Of a stretch of DNA of 64,000 nt, positions 39,294 through 47,770 are shown one piece after another; within the stretch, counting starts at the first letter, position 1; every line of letters begins with the position of its first letter. The stretch is taken from NCBI GenBank assembly GCA_041659325.1, contig JBAZYN010000001.1:494819-558818 (forward strand). Direction: 5' to 3'. The notes below the pieces were generated by a model. It saw nothing but the letters and a program-made list of their open reading frames with translations. It made no database searches and had not been told where the DNA came from. Source of the DNA: Candidatus Shapirobacteria bacterium. GTDB taxonomy: Bacteria > Patescibacteriota > Microgenomatia > UBA12405. Position numbers and translations under genes: made by a program.

Positions 39294-40934
39294 CTAATAC
39301 AATTGCTCTAATTTATCTTTTAATGTTTGTTTAAACAAAGCTGTATCAATTCCGTTAACCTTACAGTTCCCGTCCATATCGGCCTGTAAGTAGCCACCGT
39401 CATCTACCTCGTCAATTCTGGTTGCGGCTGATTTCACATAAGAGTAATCAAGACCGTCAACCACCCCATCGGGTACTCCAACCGTCGCTCCGGTCACATC
39501 ACCCGGCATTACCGGATATCTCGAAAAATCATAAAGTGGTGTTGTGTCTGCATCATCGGTCAGAGCTAAATTACCCCATGTCGAAGCAAAATATTCAGAT
39601 TGGTTATCAATCCCATACTTCACCTGAAGATGCTTTGGTCCCTTAAAAAATACGGCTATTCCCTCATAATATGGGAAGTCCGTCAAAACTACTTGGCCTC
39701 CATAAACAACCCTCTCGCTTATTGACGTGTTCAGTACCGGTATCTGCCCGGGATATATCTTAATAGTCCCCTCCGGTGCCAAAACTGTCACCGTCACCGG
39801 CCAATTTACCGCACACATATTGCCCGCCAGTACATCCCTGTAAGAAATCATGTATTTCAAAATCGGCCAACCGGCTGTCATTGGTGGCGTCTCTGTCGGC
39901 AAAAGAGTGTTGGTTGGCCTTAACGTATTTGTCGGCCTCGGTGGCGTCTCTGTCGGCACATCGGCCAGTGGTGTTTCTGTGGGCATCAGGGTATTTGTTG
40001 GTTTTAGTGTATTCGTTGGTCTCACTGGCGTGTTAGTTGGGACGAGGGTATTGGTCGGTCTCAATGTATTCGTTGGCTTCACTGGTGTTTGTGTAGGCCT
40101 CAGCGTATTGGTGGGAATAAGCGTTCCTGTCGGTCTCAATGTATTCGTTGGTCTCACTGGTGTGTTAGTTGGGACGAGGGTATTGGTCGGTCTCAATGTA
40201 TTCGTTGGCTTCACTGGTGTTTGTGTAGGCCTCAGCGTATTGGTGGGAATAAGCGTTCCTGTCGGTCTCAATGTATTTGTTGGTTTTGGTGTAATAGTCG
40301 GGGTCACTTCCGACTGGCTGCCATCTTCAATCACATAACTCATCCCGGTAACTCTATCTATCGACATCGCCGTATCGGTAGTCGTTGAATTACCCGACAC
40401 AACCGATTTACTCTTATCAAGAGTTATCATCCCCGTCGTTGTCGATCCGCCCGCCGTAAACATCAATTTGGCCACATTTACCACTCCGGAGCTCAAATCC
40501 GCTTCCGGCTTGTTAGAAGTCACCGATAAATTAATACATCTATTAATCCCCGCAGGGTAATTGCTGCCACCAACCGCTACCATCATCGACAATGGCACCT
40601 CATTAAACGAGCTCGTTTCTTTATTTACAATTATCACTTTGTCCAAATCAGTCTCATCAACCGAAAGCTTAGTACTGTCATAACAAACCTGAGTGGTTAC
40701 CCCCACTACTTTCGCCTTTTCCGACCCACCCGTTACGTTCCCCGTTTCAACCCACAACTGCACTGGAAAAGCCTCATTCATTTTCAATACTCTGTTCTCG
40801 GGTAAAAGAAATAATTTTGATCCGGCAAAGTACGCCCCGCTTCTGGTATCCCTGCTCCTGCCGGTCAAAAACACTGCCCCGGCAAGAGCGATCAGCAAGA
40901 CCACCCCAAAAACAATGGTCCCTGCCTTTTTCAT
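39294..40934 (-). CDS. secreted protein: cohesin-like N-domain, Thr/Pro-rich tandem repeats, C-terminal type-I-like dockerin
   Basis: Signal peptide. PTNTLRPTGTLIPTNTLRPTQTPVKPTNTLRPTNTLVPTNTPVR repeated. Dockerin duplicated segment GVPDGVVDGLDYSYV ... ADMDGNCKVNGIDTALF. Confidence 0.7.
   Translation of the reverse strand: MKKAGTIVFGVVLLIALAGAVFLTGRSRDTRSGAYFAGSKLFLLPENRVLKMNEAFPVQLWVETGNVTGGSEKAKVVGVTTQVCYDSTKLSVDETDLDKVIIVNKETSSFNEVPLSMMVAVGGSNYPAGINRCINLSVTSNKPEADLSSGVVNVAKLMFTAGGSTTTGMITLDKSKSVVSGNSTTTDTAMSIDRVTGMSYVIEDGSQSEVTPTITPKPTNTLRPTGTLIPTNTLRPTQTPVKPTNTLRPTNTLVPTNTPVRPTNTLRPTGTLIPTNTLRPTQTPVKPTNTLRPTNTLVPTNTPVRPTNTLKPTNTLMPTETPLADVPTETPPRPTNTLRPTNTLLPTETPPMTAGWPILKYMISYRDVLAGNMCAVNWPVTVTVLAPEGTIKIYPGQIPVLNTSISERVVYGGQVVLTDFPYYEGIAVFFKGPKHLQVKYGIDNQSEYFASTWGNLALTDDADTTPLYDFSRYPVMPGDVTGATVGVPDGVVDGLDYSYVKSAATRIDEVDDGGYLQADMDGNCKVNGIDTALFKQTLKDKLEQLY
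40021..40284. repeat. near-perfect 132-bp tandem duplication inside the dockerin-protein CDS
   Basis: Unit beginning CTCACTGGCGTGTTAGTTGGGACGAGG recurs 132 bp later with only a few substitutions. Confidence 0.7.
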
Positions 40935-40935
40935 T

Positions 40936-43900
40936 TTAATTTCCTCCCGAAGTCATCAACTCGCTAAAATACTTGTGCCACAAAGAATAGTCAAAGACAT
41001 TAACGACACCATCGCACTTTCCGTCACTACCGGTAAAGTCGGCGTCCCAGTTTGTACTTACTTCCGGCACTCCGGCACTCAGGTCTACGAACTCTCGTCG
41101 CCATACGGCATAATCGGTTACATCAATCGAACCGTCGCAATTGGCATCACCTTTTGACTTACCTTTAAAGGTAGGTTTCGGTACATTAGAGCCCGTACAG
41201 TTATCATCTACATCTCTTACGAAACCATTCATCACATAGCCAGGTACAAACCACCGATACTCCCCTCCGGTATTCAGCTTATAACATTCAAAAGTGGTTG
41301 GGCATTCCTTACAACTTGAAGCTGCACCTTCTGCTACCGTAATCCAGTGTATACAATTTGTACTGTTACAGTTCCTGCCGCTTACCGGTTCATAATACCC
41401 CGGGCAGCTATTAGTCTGGTTCTGATACAGTTTCCCATCCGCCGTACACAATTGAGAACACTGATTGTTACAGGCCGATTTTAACTCTACTGCAAAAACC
41501 CCCACTTCGTTCATCTGATAGGCCGCTTTCGGATAATACGCTCCGCTAGCACCACCAATCGCAAAGCTATTCGCGCTTGGTTGTGCCCCTACCGATGAAA
41601 CCTTGCTCATATAAATTATTCCCCAATTAGAAACGGTTCCGGTCATATTGACGATTTCACCTTTTTTAACGGTGATATTCCCGTTTGCATTATTCAAAGT
41701 CAAACCGTTACATGAGAAATTCTGGTTGCAGGTCGCCGTCGGAATCGGTGTCAGAGACGGTACCGGCACTCCGGTCGGGATCCCGCACCTACAGCTCAAA
41801 TCACCGGCACAACTTGGATTCCGGCAAAAATTCCCCGGTTTCCCCTGGCTATCAAAATAACCCGAGGTACACACCAATCCTAAACTGCGATCACACATAT
41901 CCTGACCCTGGATCATTGTGCAGGATTCATTGCACCCAGCCGCAGCGGTGGCAACGTTAAATGTCGCATTATCGGTCGACGCACACGACACAAAGCCCGT
42001 GCACGGCAGACTGCCTCCCTTATAACTACAGGCCGGATTACCGGTACATTTACCCACCGGTGCTGTCGGCACATCACAATGCGCTACATAGTTGCCAGCC
42101 GGCAAACCCGCAAACTGAAAACTATCATTGCAAGCTGCCCCATTAATGCTATTGCACTGTTTAACTCTGGTGTAATAGAACCCTTCTTCTCCGGGAACAC
42201 TGGAATTAGCTGCCAATGGCGCCGGCGACATTTTCGAAGTATCAATCTGTTTATAATCCCTTCTTTCTATCCACAATCTCACCGGATAAGTCCCCGAAGC
42301 GTTAGCATTACCTTCATAAGTAATGGTTATTGCCCCTCCCGGAGCTGATTGAGGAATCAAGCCGGTAATTCGGCAATATGCTTTACTTTCCGTCCCCGTC
42401 GGTACCACCGTCGGGACCACACTGCCCGAACAACATCGATAAGTCGGCGCCCAACCGCAGCCATTGGCCGCCGCTGTCGCTGTATCGCCAAATCTGGTAC
42501 AAGCCTTACCGCAATTAGTAGTGCAGTTGGCCTCGTTGGAATAGCATCCGCCGGTACAACTTGTCGGCGCGCTACCTGTCGGCACCGTTGTTGGTCTGAC
42601 TGTTGGCGTTACAGAAGAGCCGCAACTCGAAGAACTAACACAGCTAGTCGCTCCATTAAAGCTCCTTGCTCCATCCCATCTGGTACAATACACCCCATCA
42701 TTTCTCAAAAATTGGTTAGCAGGACAGCTAGTACTCACACCCGGGTTAGATACAAAACCAGTGTTGCAGCTCGAACCCGCTCTACACCAATTCATTCCCG
42801 ACCACCCGCACGACATATCCCAAACACTATCCTGACAACTGGGCGCTATAGTCGGGGCAGGCGTCGTCCCGGAACAATTCGTGGATGTAATACAAGTAGA
42901 CGAACCATTAAAGCTCTTAGCCCCATCCGATCTGGTACAGTAAGTCCCCTGATTTCTCATAAACTGATTCGGGGCACAACCGGTGGCAACCAACGGCCCG
43001 GAAATATAACCGGTATCACAACTGGTCCCAACTTTACACCAATTTAATCCCGTCCATCCACAGGCCATATCCCAAGTACCATTAGCCTGACAGCTTCCGG
43101 GAGCCGAGGTTACTGTAGCTGCTTTCACCGTAAACTTAATAAGCAGTTGGCAATTGTTACTGCCTGATTCTGCCATTCTAAAACTGGCTACTCCACCCGT
43201 ACCCGAAAATTTTACCGTATTACTATTCCATGCATCGACTACTTTCCAACTTACCCCCTCTACACTTCCTCCTACGGTCACCTTAACATCACCACCCCCG
43301 CCACCTACATTTAATCTTTTGACTTTAAAATACCTACCACCCGGGTTAGAAAATCCACATGTTCCGGTTGAACTAGTATTACCGGGGTTCTCCCAAGATT
43401 CAAATGAACCGCTGGTTGATTGAACCGTTATTTTTACTCCGTTTCCATCAGACAGCACTTTTCCTGCACTGTCCACTACTATCCCCCCGTAATCAACATA
43501 ATGCCCCTCGCCGGTTCCGCCACACGACCACCAGTCAACATAGTTATTGTTGCTATCACAACACGCCTGTTTATCAGGATTCCCGTCAGCCGAAGGACAG
43601 CTGTGGTAAGAATTGGGTATTGCCGTAGGAGTCAAAGTCGGACCCACGGTTGGAACCATAGTTGGCACTCTAGTCGGAGCCACTGTCGGTCTTACCGTCG
43701 CAGTCGGAACCACGGTTGATCTTTTACAATACCCCGAGCTAGTAGTGCTGCTACAAACAAACCCGCTACAACACCTATTATCAGAGTCACAATAATCACC
43801 ATCACAAGTATACTGCGGAGTCGGTGTTCTAGTGGGAACCACCGTCTTGGTCGGTGTAACCGTCGTTCTGGTTGGCGTTGCCGTTACCCTAATAGTTGGA

Positions 43901-44406
43901 GTAGAAGTCCCATACGGCTTTACTGTCGGCTTTACGGTCGATGTCGGAGACGTTGTAGATGTATATTTGCAACAATTTTGTCCCGTTGGACACCATCCCG
44001 ACCCTTCTCCGATAAATGTTTTTCCCGCAACTCCATAATTCAAACTACAAGCTTTATAATTATCCATACACATTTGAGACAAACCAGCGCTCTCGCAATG
44101 TTGGGTCGGAGTATTAGTCGGTCTCAGAGTGTCCGTCGGTACTGGCCTTATACAATATTCCTCACCATATGGGTTACCGGGAGACGTCTGGCAGACTAAA
44201 CCGGCACAACAATTATTGTATCTTGAGTCACCACTGACACACCCACGATCCTGGGCTATACAAGCACCGCTTGTTGGTGTTACTGCTGGCTCCGACGGCA
44301 TTGCCGCCCTGTTTCTAATATCCTGGTTCTGTTGGCTTAATTTGGTAACCATCGGCAGTGCCACTGCCATTATCACCAAACCTATAATCAATGGTATCTG
44401 AGCCAT
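40936..44406 (-). CDS. giant secreted Cys-rich multi-domain protein with C-terminal dockerin (ORF extends to 44517; probable start at the MAQIPLIIG signal peptide)
   Basis: Signal/TM. Thr-rich linkers. Two copies of a 70-aa Cys-rich module (WDMxCGWxGxNWC ... NQFxRN ... YCTR). C-terminal dockerin pair DANCDGSIDVTDYAVW / SDGKCDGVVNVFDYSLW. Confidence 0.75.
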   Translation of the reverse strand: MAQIPLIIGLVIMAVALPMVTKLSQQNQDIRNRAAMPSEPAVTPTSGACIAQDRGCVSGDSRYNNCCAGLVCQTSPGNPYGEEYCIRPVPTDTLRPTNTPTQHCESAGLSQMCMDNYKACSLNYGVAGKTFIGEGSGWCPTGQNCCKYTSTTSPTSTVKPTVKPYGTSTPTIRVTATPTRTTVTPTKTVVPTRTPTPQYTCDGDYCDSDNRCCSGFVCSSTTSSGYCKRSTVVPTATVRPTVAPTRVPTMVPTVGPTLTPTAIPNSYHSCPSADGNPDKQACCDSNNNYVDWWSCGGTGEGHYVDYGGIVVDSAGKVLSDGNGVKITVQSTSGSFESWENPGNTSSTGTCGFSNPGGRYFKVKRLNVGGGGGDVKVTVGGSVEGVSWKVVDAWNSNTVKFSGTGGVASFRMAESGSNNCQLLIKFTVKAATVTSAPGSCQANGTWDMACGWTGLNWCKVGTSCDTGYISGPLVATGCAPNQFMRNQGTYCTRSDGAKSFNGSSTCITSTNCSGTTPAPTIAPSCQDSVWDMSCGWSGMNWCRAGSSCNTGFVSNPGVSTSCPANQFLRNDGVYCTRWDGARSFNGATSCVSSSSCGSSVTPTVRPTTVPTGSAPTSCTGGCYSNEANCTTNCGKACTRFGDTATAAANGCGWAPTYRCCSGSVVPTVVPTGTESKAYCRITGLIPQSAPGGAITITYEGNANASGTYPVRLWIERRDYKQIDTSKMSPAPLAANSSVPGEEGFYYTRVKQCNSINGAACNDSFQFAGLPAGNYVAHCDVPTAPVGKCTGNPACSYKGGSLPCTGFVSCASTDNATFNVATAAAGCNESCTMIQGQDMCDRSLGLVCTSGYFDSQGKPGNFCRNPSCAGDLSCRCGIPTGVPVPSLTPIPTATCNQNFSCNGLTLNNANGNITVKKGEIVNMTGTVSNWGIIYMSKVSSVGAQPSANSFAIGGASGAYYPKAAYQMNEVGVFAVELKSACNNQCSQLCTADGKLYQNQTNSCPGYYEPVSGRNCNSTNCIHWITVAEGAASSCKECPTTFECYKLNTGGEYRWFVPGYVMNGFVRDVDDNCTGSNVPKPTFKGKSKGDANCDGSIDVTDYAVWRREFVDLSAGVPEVSTNWDADFTGSDGKCDGVVNVFDYSLWHKYFSELMTSGGN

Positions 44407-44590
44407 GCCCAAATTTTCTCTAAAATTAAAAAATCCAATTATCTTCCGTATTTTTGGGCTCATTTTCTGTTTTTTTATATAAAAATATACGCAAATACTA
44501 ATAGAAAAGTAAAACACTTGGCATCACCTGAGTCAATACGTCAAATGTTAAAACACCCAATAATCATTACTTTTCTTCTATACTTAAACT

Positions 44591-45967
44591 ATGGCTAACA
44601 AGAATTTAAACCTATTAAAAACCATTTTCCCTCTTGTCGCCCTGCCATTCATAATCCTGGCCATAAAAACGGTTTTAGATATCCGCAAAGGTGCTGCTGG
44701 TATCCCCGCCGCCATTATCATCGACACCCAAAGTCCTCAGGGTAATATCCCCTCTTCCCTATGGCAAAACATTTCTCAGGGTGGCGAAGAGCCTACCGAT
44801 ATGATTGCTCCTGTTTTATACCAAACCAAGCCCCTCCGGCTCCAACTGATACGAATCGACCACCTATTCGATTACTATCAGGTTTACGCCGGTCCCGGAA
44901 ACTACAACTTCGAAAAGCTCGATCGTATTATAAATAGTATCCTGTCAACCGGCGCCAAGCCGATGCTTTCCGTTTCCTACACCACTTCCTCTATGTCCAA
45001 AAACGGTCAAAACGCCGGCGAGCCATCAGACTGGAACCAATGGTACCAATTAGTCAAGGCCACCGCCAACCGTTATTCCCGGGAAAAAAATATCTCCGGT
45101 ATTTATTACGAAGTCTGGAACGAGCCCGACCTTTTTGGCGGTTGGCACTATGCCAAAAGCCCCGATTACTCCACCCTTTACGTTCAAACTGCCAGAGCAA
45201 TTGTCGACGGTGCCGGCAATTCCGATTACAAAATCGGCGGCCCGGCTACTACCGGCTTTTATGAAAACTGGATTAAATCCTTATTTAAAACGGCCACCGA
45301 AAATCGCCTCCGCCTCAATTTCATCTCCTGGCACAAATATTCCAAAAACATTATCGATTACGAAAAAGACTTTAATAACTTAAACAAAATTTTATCTGAC
45401 TTTCCTCAATATTTCGGCATTGAAAGGATTATCACCGAAACCGGCCCCTCTCCAGAAGCCGACGCCTGGTACGACAATAAGCTTTCCGGAATTCATCTTA
45501 TTTCCCTCTGTACTCAAATGGCCGGCAAAATCCACCGTCTTTTCCCATTTGAACTCGTCGACGGCCCCTCCCCAAGATCCCCAAACTCAACCGGTTGGGG
45601 TATAATCACTCACCACACCAACGGCTCTGTCCCAAAACCCCGCTATTATGCTCTCCAGTTCCTAAACCAACTCCAGGGCCAACGTTTATCCTCAACCGGT
45701 GATGGCAGTTGGGTTACTTCGCTTTCGGCCAAAAATGGCTCAATAATCTCCACCCTATTAGTAAACTACGACAGTTTAAATTTACATCCCGAAACCGTCC
45801 CGGTCACCTTCCGCGGCATTAGCCCCGGCAATTATCGGCTAGTTAGCACCATTTATATGGGCAAAGAAAATTCCAAAAATATAACCGTCCCCTCATTCAA
45901 TTACACCGAAAACGTCTACCTCGAGCCCAATTCTGCCATCATTCTCAAACTCACCCCGCTAAATTAA
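44591..45967 (+). CDS. membrane-anchored clan GH-A glycoside hydrolase (GH39/GH5-like)
   Basis: N-terminal TM. Acid/base box YYEVWNEPDLFGGW and nucleophile box ERIITETGPSP, typical of clan GH-A (beta/alpha)8 hydrolases. Confidence 0.7.
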   Translation: MANKNLNLLKTIFPLVALPFIILAIKTVLDIRKGAAGIPAAIIIDTQSPQGNIPSSLWQNISQGGEEPTDMIAPVLYQTKPLRLQLIRIDHLFDYYQVYAGPGNYNFEKLDRIINSILSTGAKPMLSVSYTTSSMSKNGQNAGEPSDWNQWYQLVKATANRYSREKNISGIYYEVWNEPDLFGGWHYAKSPDYSTLYVQTARAIVDGAGNSDYKIGGPATTGFYENWIKSLFKTATENRLRLNFISWHKYSKNIIDYEKDFNNLNKILSDFPQYFGIERIITETGPSPEADAWYDNKLSGIHLISLCTQMAGKIHRLFPFELVDGPSPRSPNSTGWGIITHHTNGSVPKPRYYALQFLNQLQGQRLSSTGDGSWVTSLSAKNGSIISTLLVNYDSLNLHPETVPVTFRGISPGNYRLVSTIYMGKENSKNITVPSFNYTENVYLEPNSAIILKLTPLN

Positions 45968-45968
45968 G

Positions 45969-46108
45969 CGTCATTGCGATCCGCCAACTGGCGGAGTGGC
46001 AATCCCTGCCTGCCGGCAGGCAATCTTTACAGGATTAAAATAGTCAAGCTGTTTCAAGATTGCGGAGCCTGTCCCGAGAAACGAGGGATCGTTTCTCCTC
46101 GCAATGAC
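45969..46108. mobile_element. MITE-like element copy C (140 bp; TIR CGTCATTGCGA / TCGCAATGAC)
   Basis: Begins 2 nt after the GH stop codon. Internal CCGCCAACTGGCGG, GTGGCAATC and CCTGCCTGCCGGCAGGCAATCTTTAC modules. Confidence 0.55.
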
Positions 46109-46126
46109 AAAACAGTTCTCACTCTT

Positions 46127-46213
46127 AATTCGTAATTAGTAATTAGTAATTTTGGAATTTTATTACAGGTTACAGATTACTTATTACAGATTACCAATTA
46201 CAGGTTACCAATT
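46127..46213. repeat. tandem heptamer array (TAATTCG TAATTAG TAATTAG ... TTACAGG TTACAGA ... ATTACCA ATTACAGG TTACCAA)
   Basis: About 12 units directly 3' of rseP; overlaps its stop codon. Confidence 0.6.
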
Positions 46214-47258
46214 ATTTGAATATCCTCACCACATCACCGGCTGTGATCAAAAATATCAAAAACAACAACACCACCATTCCGAAATTATTAATAGCCGTTT
46301 CAAACTTTTGGTTGACCCGTTTTCTGAAAATCATTTCATAAACCACAAAGATTATCCTTCCTCCGTCCAAAGCCGGAAAAGGTAAAATATTTACCACCGC
46401 CAAATTTACAGATACTATCGCAAAAAAATGTACCACCGCCAACATCCCCTGGTTTTGTTTGATACTACTTGTCGCCTGAAACATCCCAATTGGCCCGCTC
46501 ACATCTTTTGGCACTCTGCCCTGAAATAGTTCACTCACCATGCCGATCACTCCGCTTCCAATAATTTTTCCCCAATAATAAGCCTCTCGAAAACCAGCCC
46601 CAATCCCTTTATGTATCTCATACCACTTCATTGGCACCATTTCCGTGTTAGATACCGTCACCCCCATTCCGCCCTCACCTGCCGGAGGATTTTCCCTTAC
46701 AAAAACTTTTACTTCTCTTTCGACTTTTAGACTTTCGACTTCTAGACTAATTTCTTGTCCCTTATATTTTGCCACTTCATCTGTCATCTCTCTTGCGCTA
46801 AAAACCGGTTTACCCTCAACTTCGACCACCGAATCTCCTTCTTTAAGCCCTGCCATTTCCGCCGGGCTACCCCCGGTAATTCCTATTATCTTCACCACCT
46901 TTATATCCGTCGGCACACCGGAAACGGAATAAACAAACGAAAAAATCGCTATTGCCAAAACCAGATTCATCAACACTCCCCCCAAAACCACCATCATCTT
47001 CTGCCACGGTTTTTTATTATTAAACGCCACCCCACCCTTTCCGTCTCCATCTTCGCCATACAATTTACAAAACCCTCCGATCGGCAGCCAATTCAAACTA
47101 AAAATTGTTCCGCCAAATTTTTTCCCCACGATTCTCGGTGGCAAACCCAATCCAAATTCTTCCACCTTTACCCCGGTTTTAATCGCCGCAAAATAATGGC
47201 CAAACTCATGAACCAAAACCAAAATAGAAAGCGCAATTATAAAAATTAAAATATCCAT
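46212..47258 (-). CDS. rseP: RIP metalloprotease RseP (site-2 protease) with PDZ domain
   Basis: HEFGHYFAA HExxH motif in TM1, PDZ domain, C-terminal LDG motif. Contains an in-frame 30-nt CTTTCGACTTTTAGA x2 repeat. Confidence 0.9.
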   Translation of the reverse strand: MDILIFIIALSILVLVHEFGHYFAAIKTGVKVEEFGLGLPPRIVGKKFGGTIFSLNWLPIGGFCKLYGEDGDGKGGVAFNNKKPWQKMMVVLGGVLMNLVLAIAIFSFVYSVSGVPTDIKVVKIIGITGGSPAEMAGLKEGDSVVEVEGKPVFSAREMTDEVAKYKGQEISLEVESLKVEREVKVFVRENPPAGEGGMGVTVSNTEMVPMKWYEIHKGIGAGFREAYYWGKIIGSGVIGMVSELFQGRVPKDVSGPIGMFQATSSIKQNQGMLAVVHFFAIVSVNLAVVNILPFPALDGGRIIFVVYEMIFRKRVNQKFETAINNFGMVVLLFLIFLITAGDVVRIFK

Positions 47259-47265
47259 CTTTATG

Positions 47266-47298
47266 TGATCTGTAACCGGTAATCTGTAATCAGTAATT
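47266..47298. repeat. heptamer array in inverted orientation (CTGTAAC CGGTAAT CTGTAAT CAGTAAT)
   Basis: The only array in the opposite orientation; lies between the rseP start and the four-helix-bundle gene. Confidence 0.45.
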
Positions 47299-47399
47299 TA
47301 AAACTATTTTTGACTCTCAACAGATTTAATTAAACCATTAATTAATTTTTCAGCAACTTTACTTTGGACCCAAATTTTCTTGCAGGAATCAGAATCTAT

Positions 47400-47705
47400 C
47401 TATTTTAGATCTTTTGCTAACAAAATAAAATTTTGAACTTCCTTTAGCGATCCTCTTGCTTGAAAATAGAATTTAATTTTATCATTAAAATGATATCTAC
47501 CAAATCCCTCTGCTATATTAGCACTAATTGAGCTCGCAGCCCTCCTTAGCTGATCACAAACTCCATATTTCTCAACTCGAGGGAACTTATCCAATATTTT
47601 ATAAACAGAAATCACCAAGGCGTGTGATTCCTTCCATGAATTTAAATCATAAAAATCCAATATTCTCCCCATCTTCCTATCACATTCTACCAGTTTGATT
47701 ACCAA
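47400..47705 (-). CDS. four-helix-bundle protein (23S rRNA intervening-sequence protein family)
   Basis: KFPRVEKYGVCDQLRRAASSISANIAEGFGRY ... ARGSLKEVQNFILLAKDL is the signature of the TIGR02436-type family. Confidence 0.75.
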   Translation of the reverse strand: MVIKLVECDRKMGRILDFYDLNSWKESHALVISVYKILDKFPRVEKYGVCDQLRRAASSISANIAEGFGRYHFNDKIKFYFQARGSLKEVQNFILLAKDLK

Positions 47706-47770
47706 TTACAGGTTACCAATTACAGGTTACCAATTACAGGTTACCAATTACTGATTACTGATTACTGATT
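47697..47770. repeat. tandem heptamer array (GATTACC AATTACAGG TTACCAA TTACAGG ... ATTACTG ATTACTG ATTACTG)
   Basis: About 10 units between frr (3' end) and the four-helix-bundle gene start. Confidence 0.65.

Noticed and set aside
40021-40284. Possible CRISPR array suggested by regularly spaced repeats
   Set aside because: The periodic units are a 132-bp coding tandem duplication, and elsewhere they are 7-nt arrays without unique spacers. No repeat-spacer architecture and no cas genes anywhere in the window.
39850-40388. 162-aa Val/Gly-rich ORF 39850-40338 and ORF 40089-40388 on the plus strand
   Set aside because: They are antisense translations of the Thr/Pro tandem repeats of the dockerin protein and inherit its repeat periodicity.
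42349-43047. 232-aa Arg/Ser/Thr-rich plus-strand ORF and several other plus-strand ORFs (41648-44401) inside the giant minus-strand surface-protein gene
   Set aside because: They are antisense to a 1150-aa gene with clear signal peptide, domain repeats and dockerin, and have biased low-complexity composition typical of antisense frames of Thr/Cys-rich genes.
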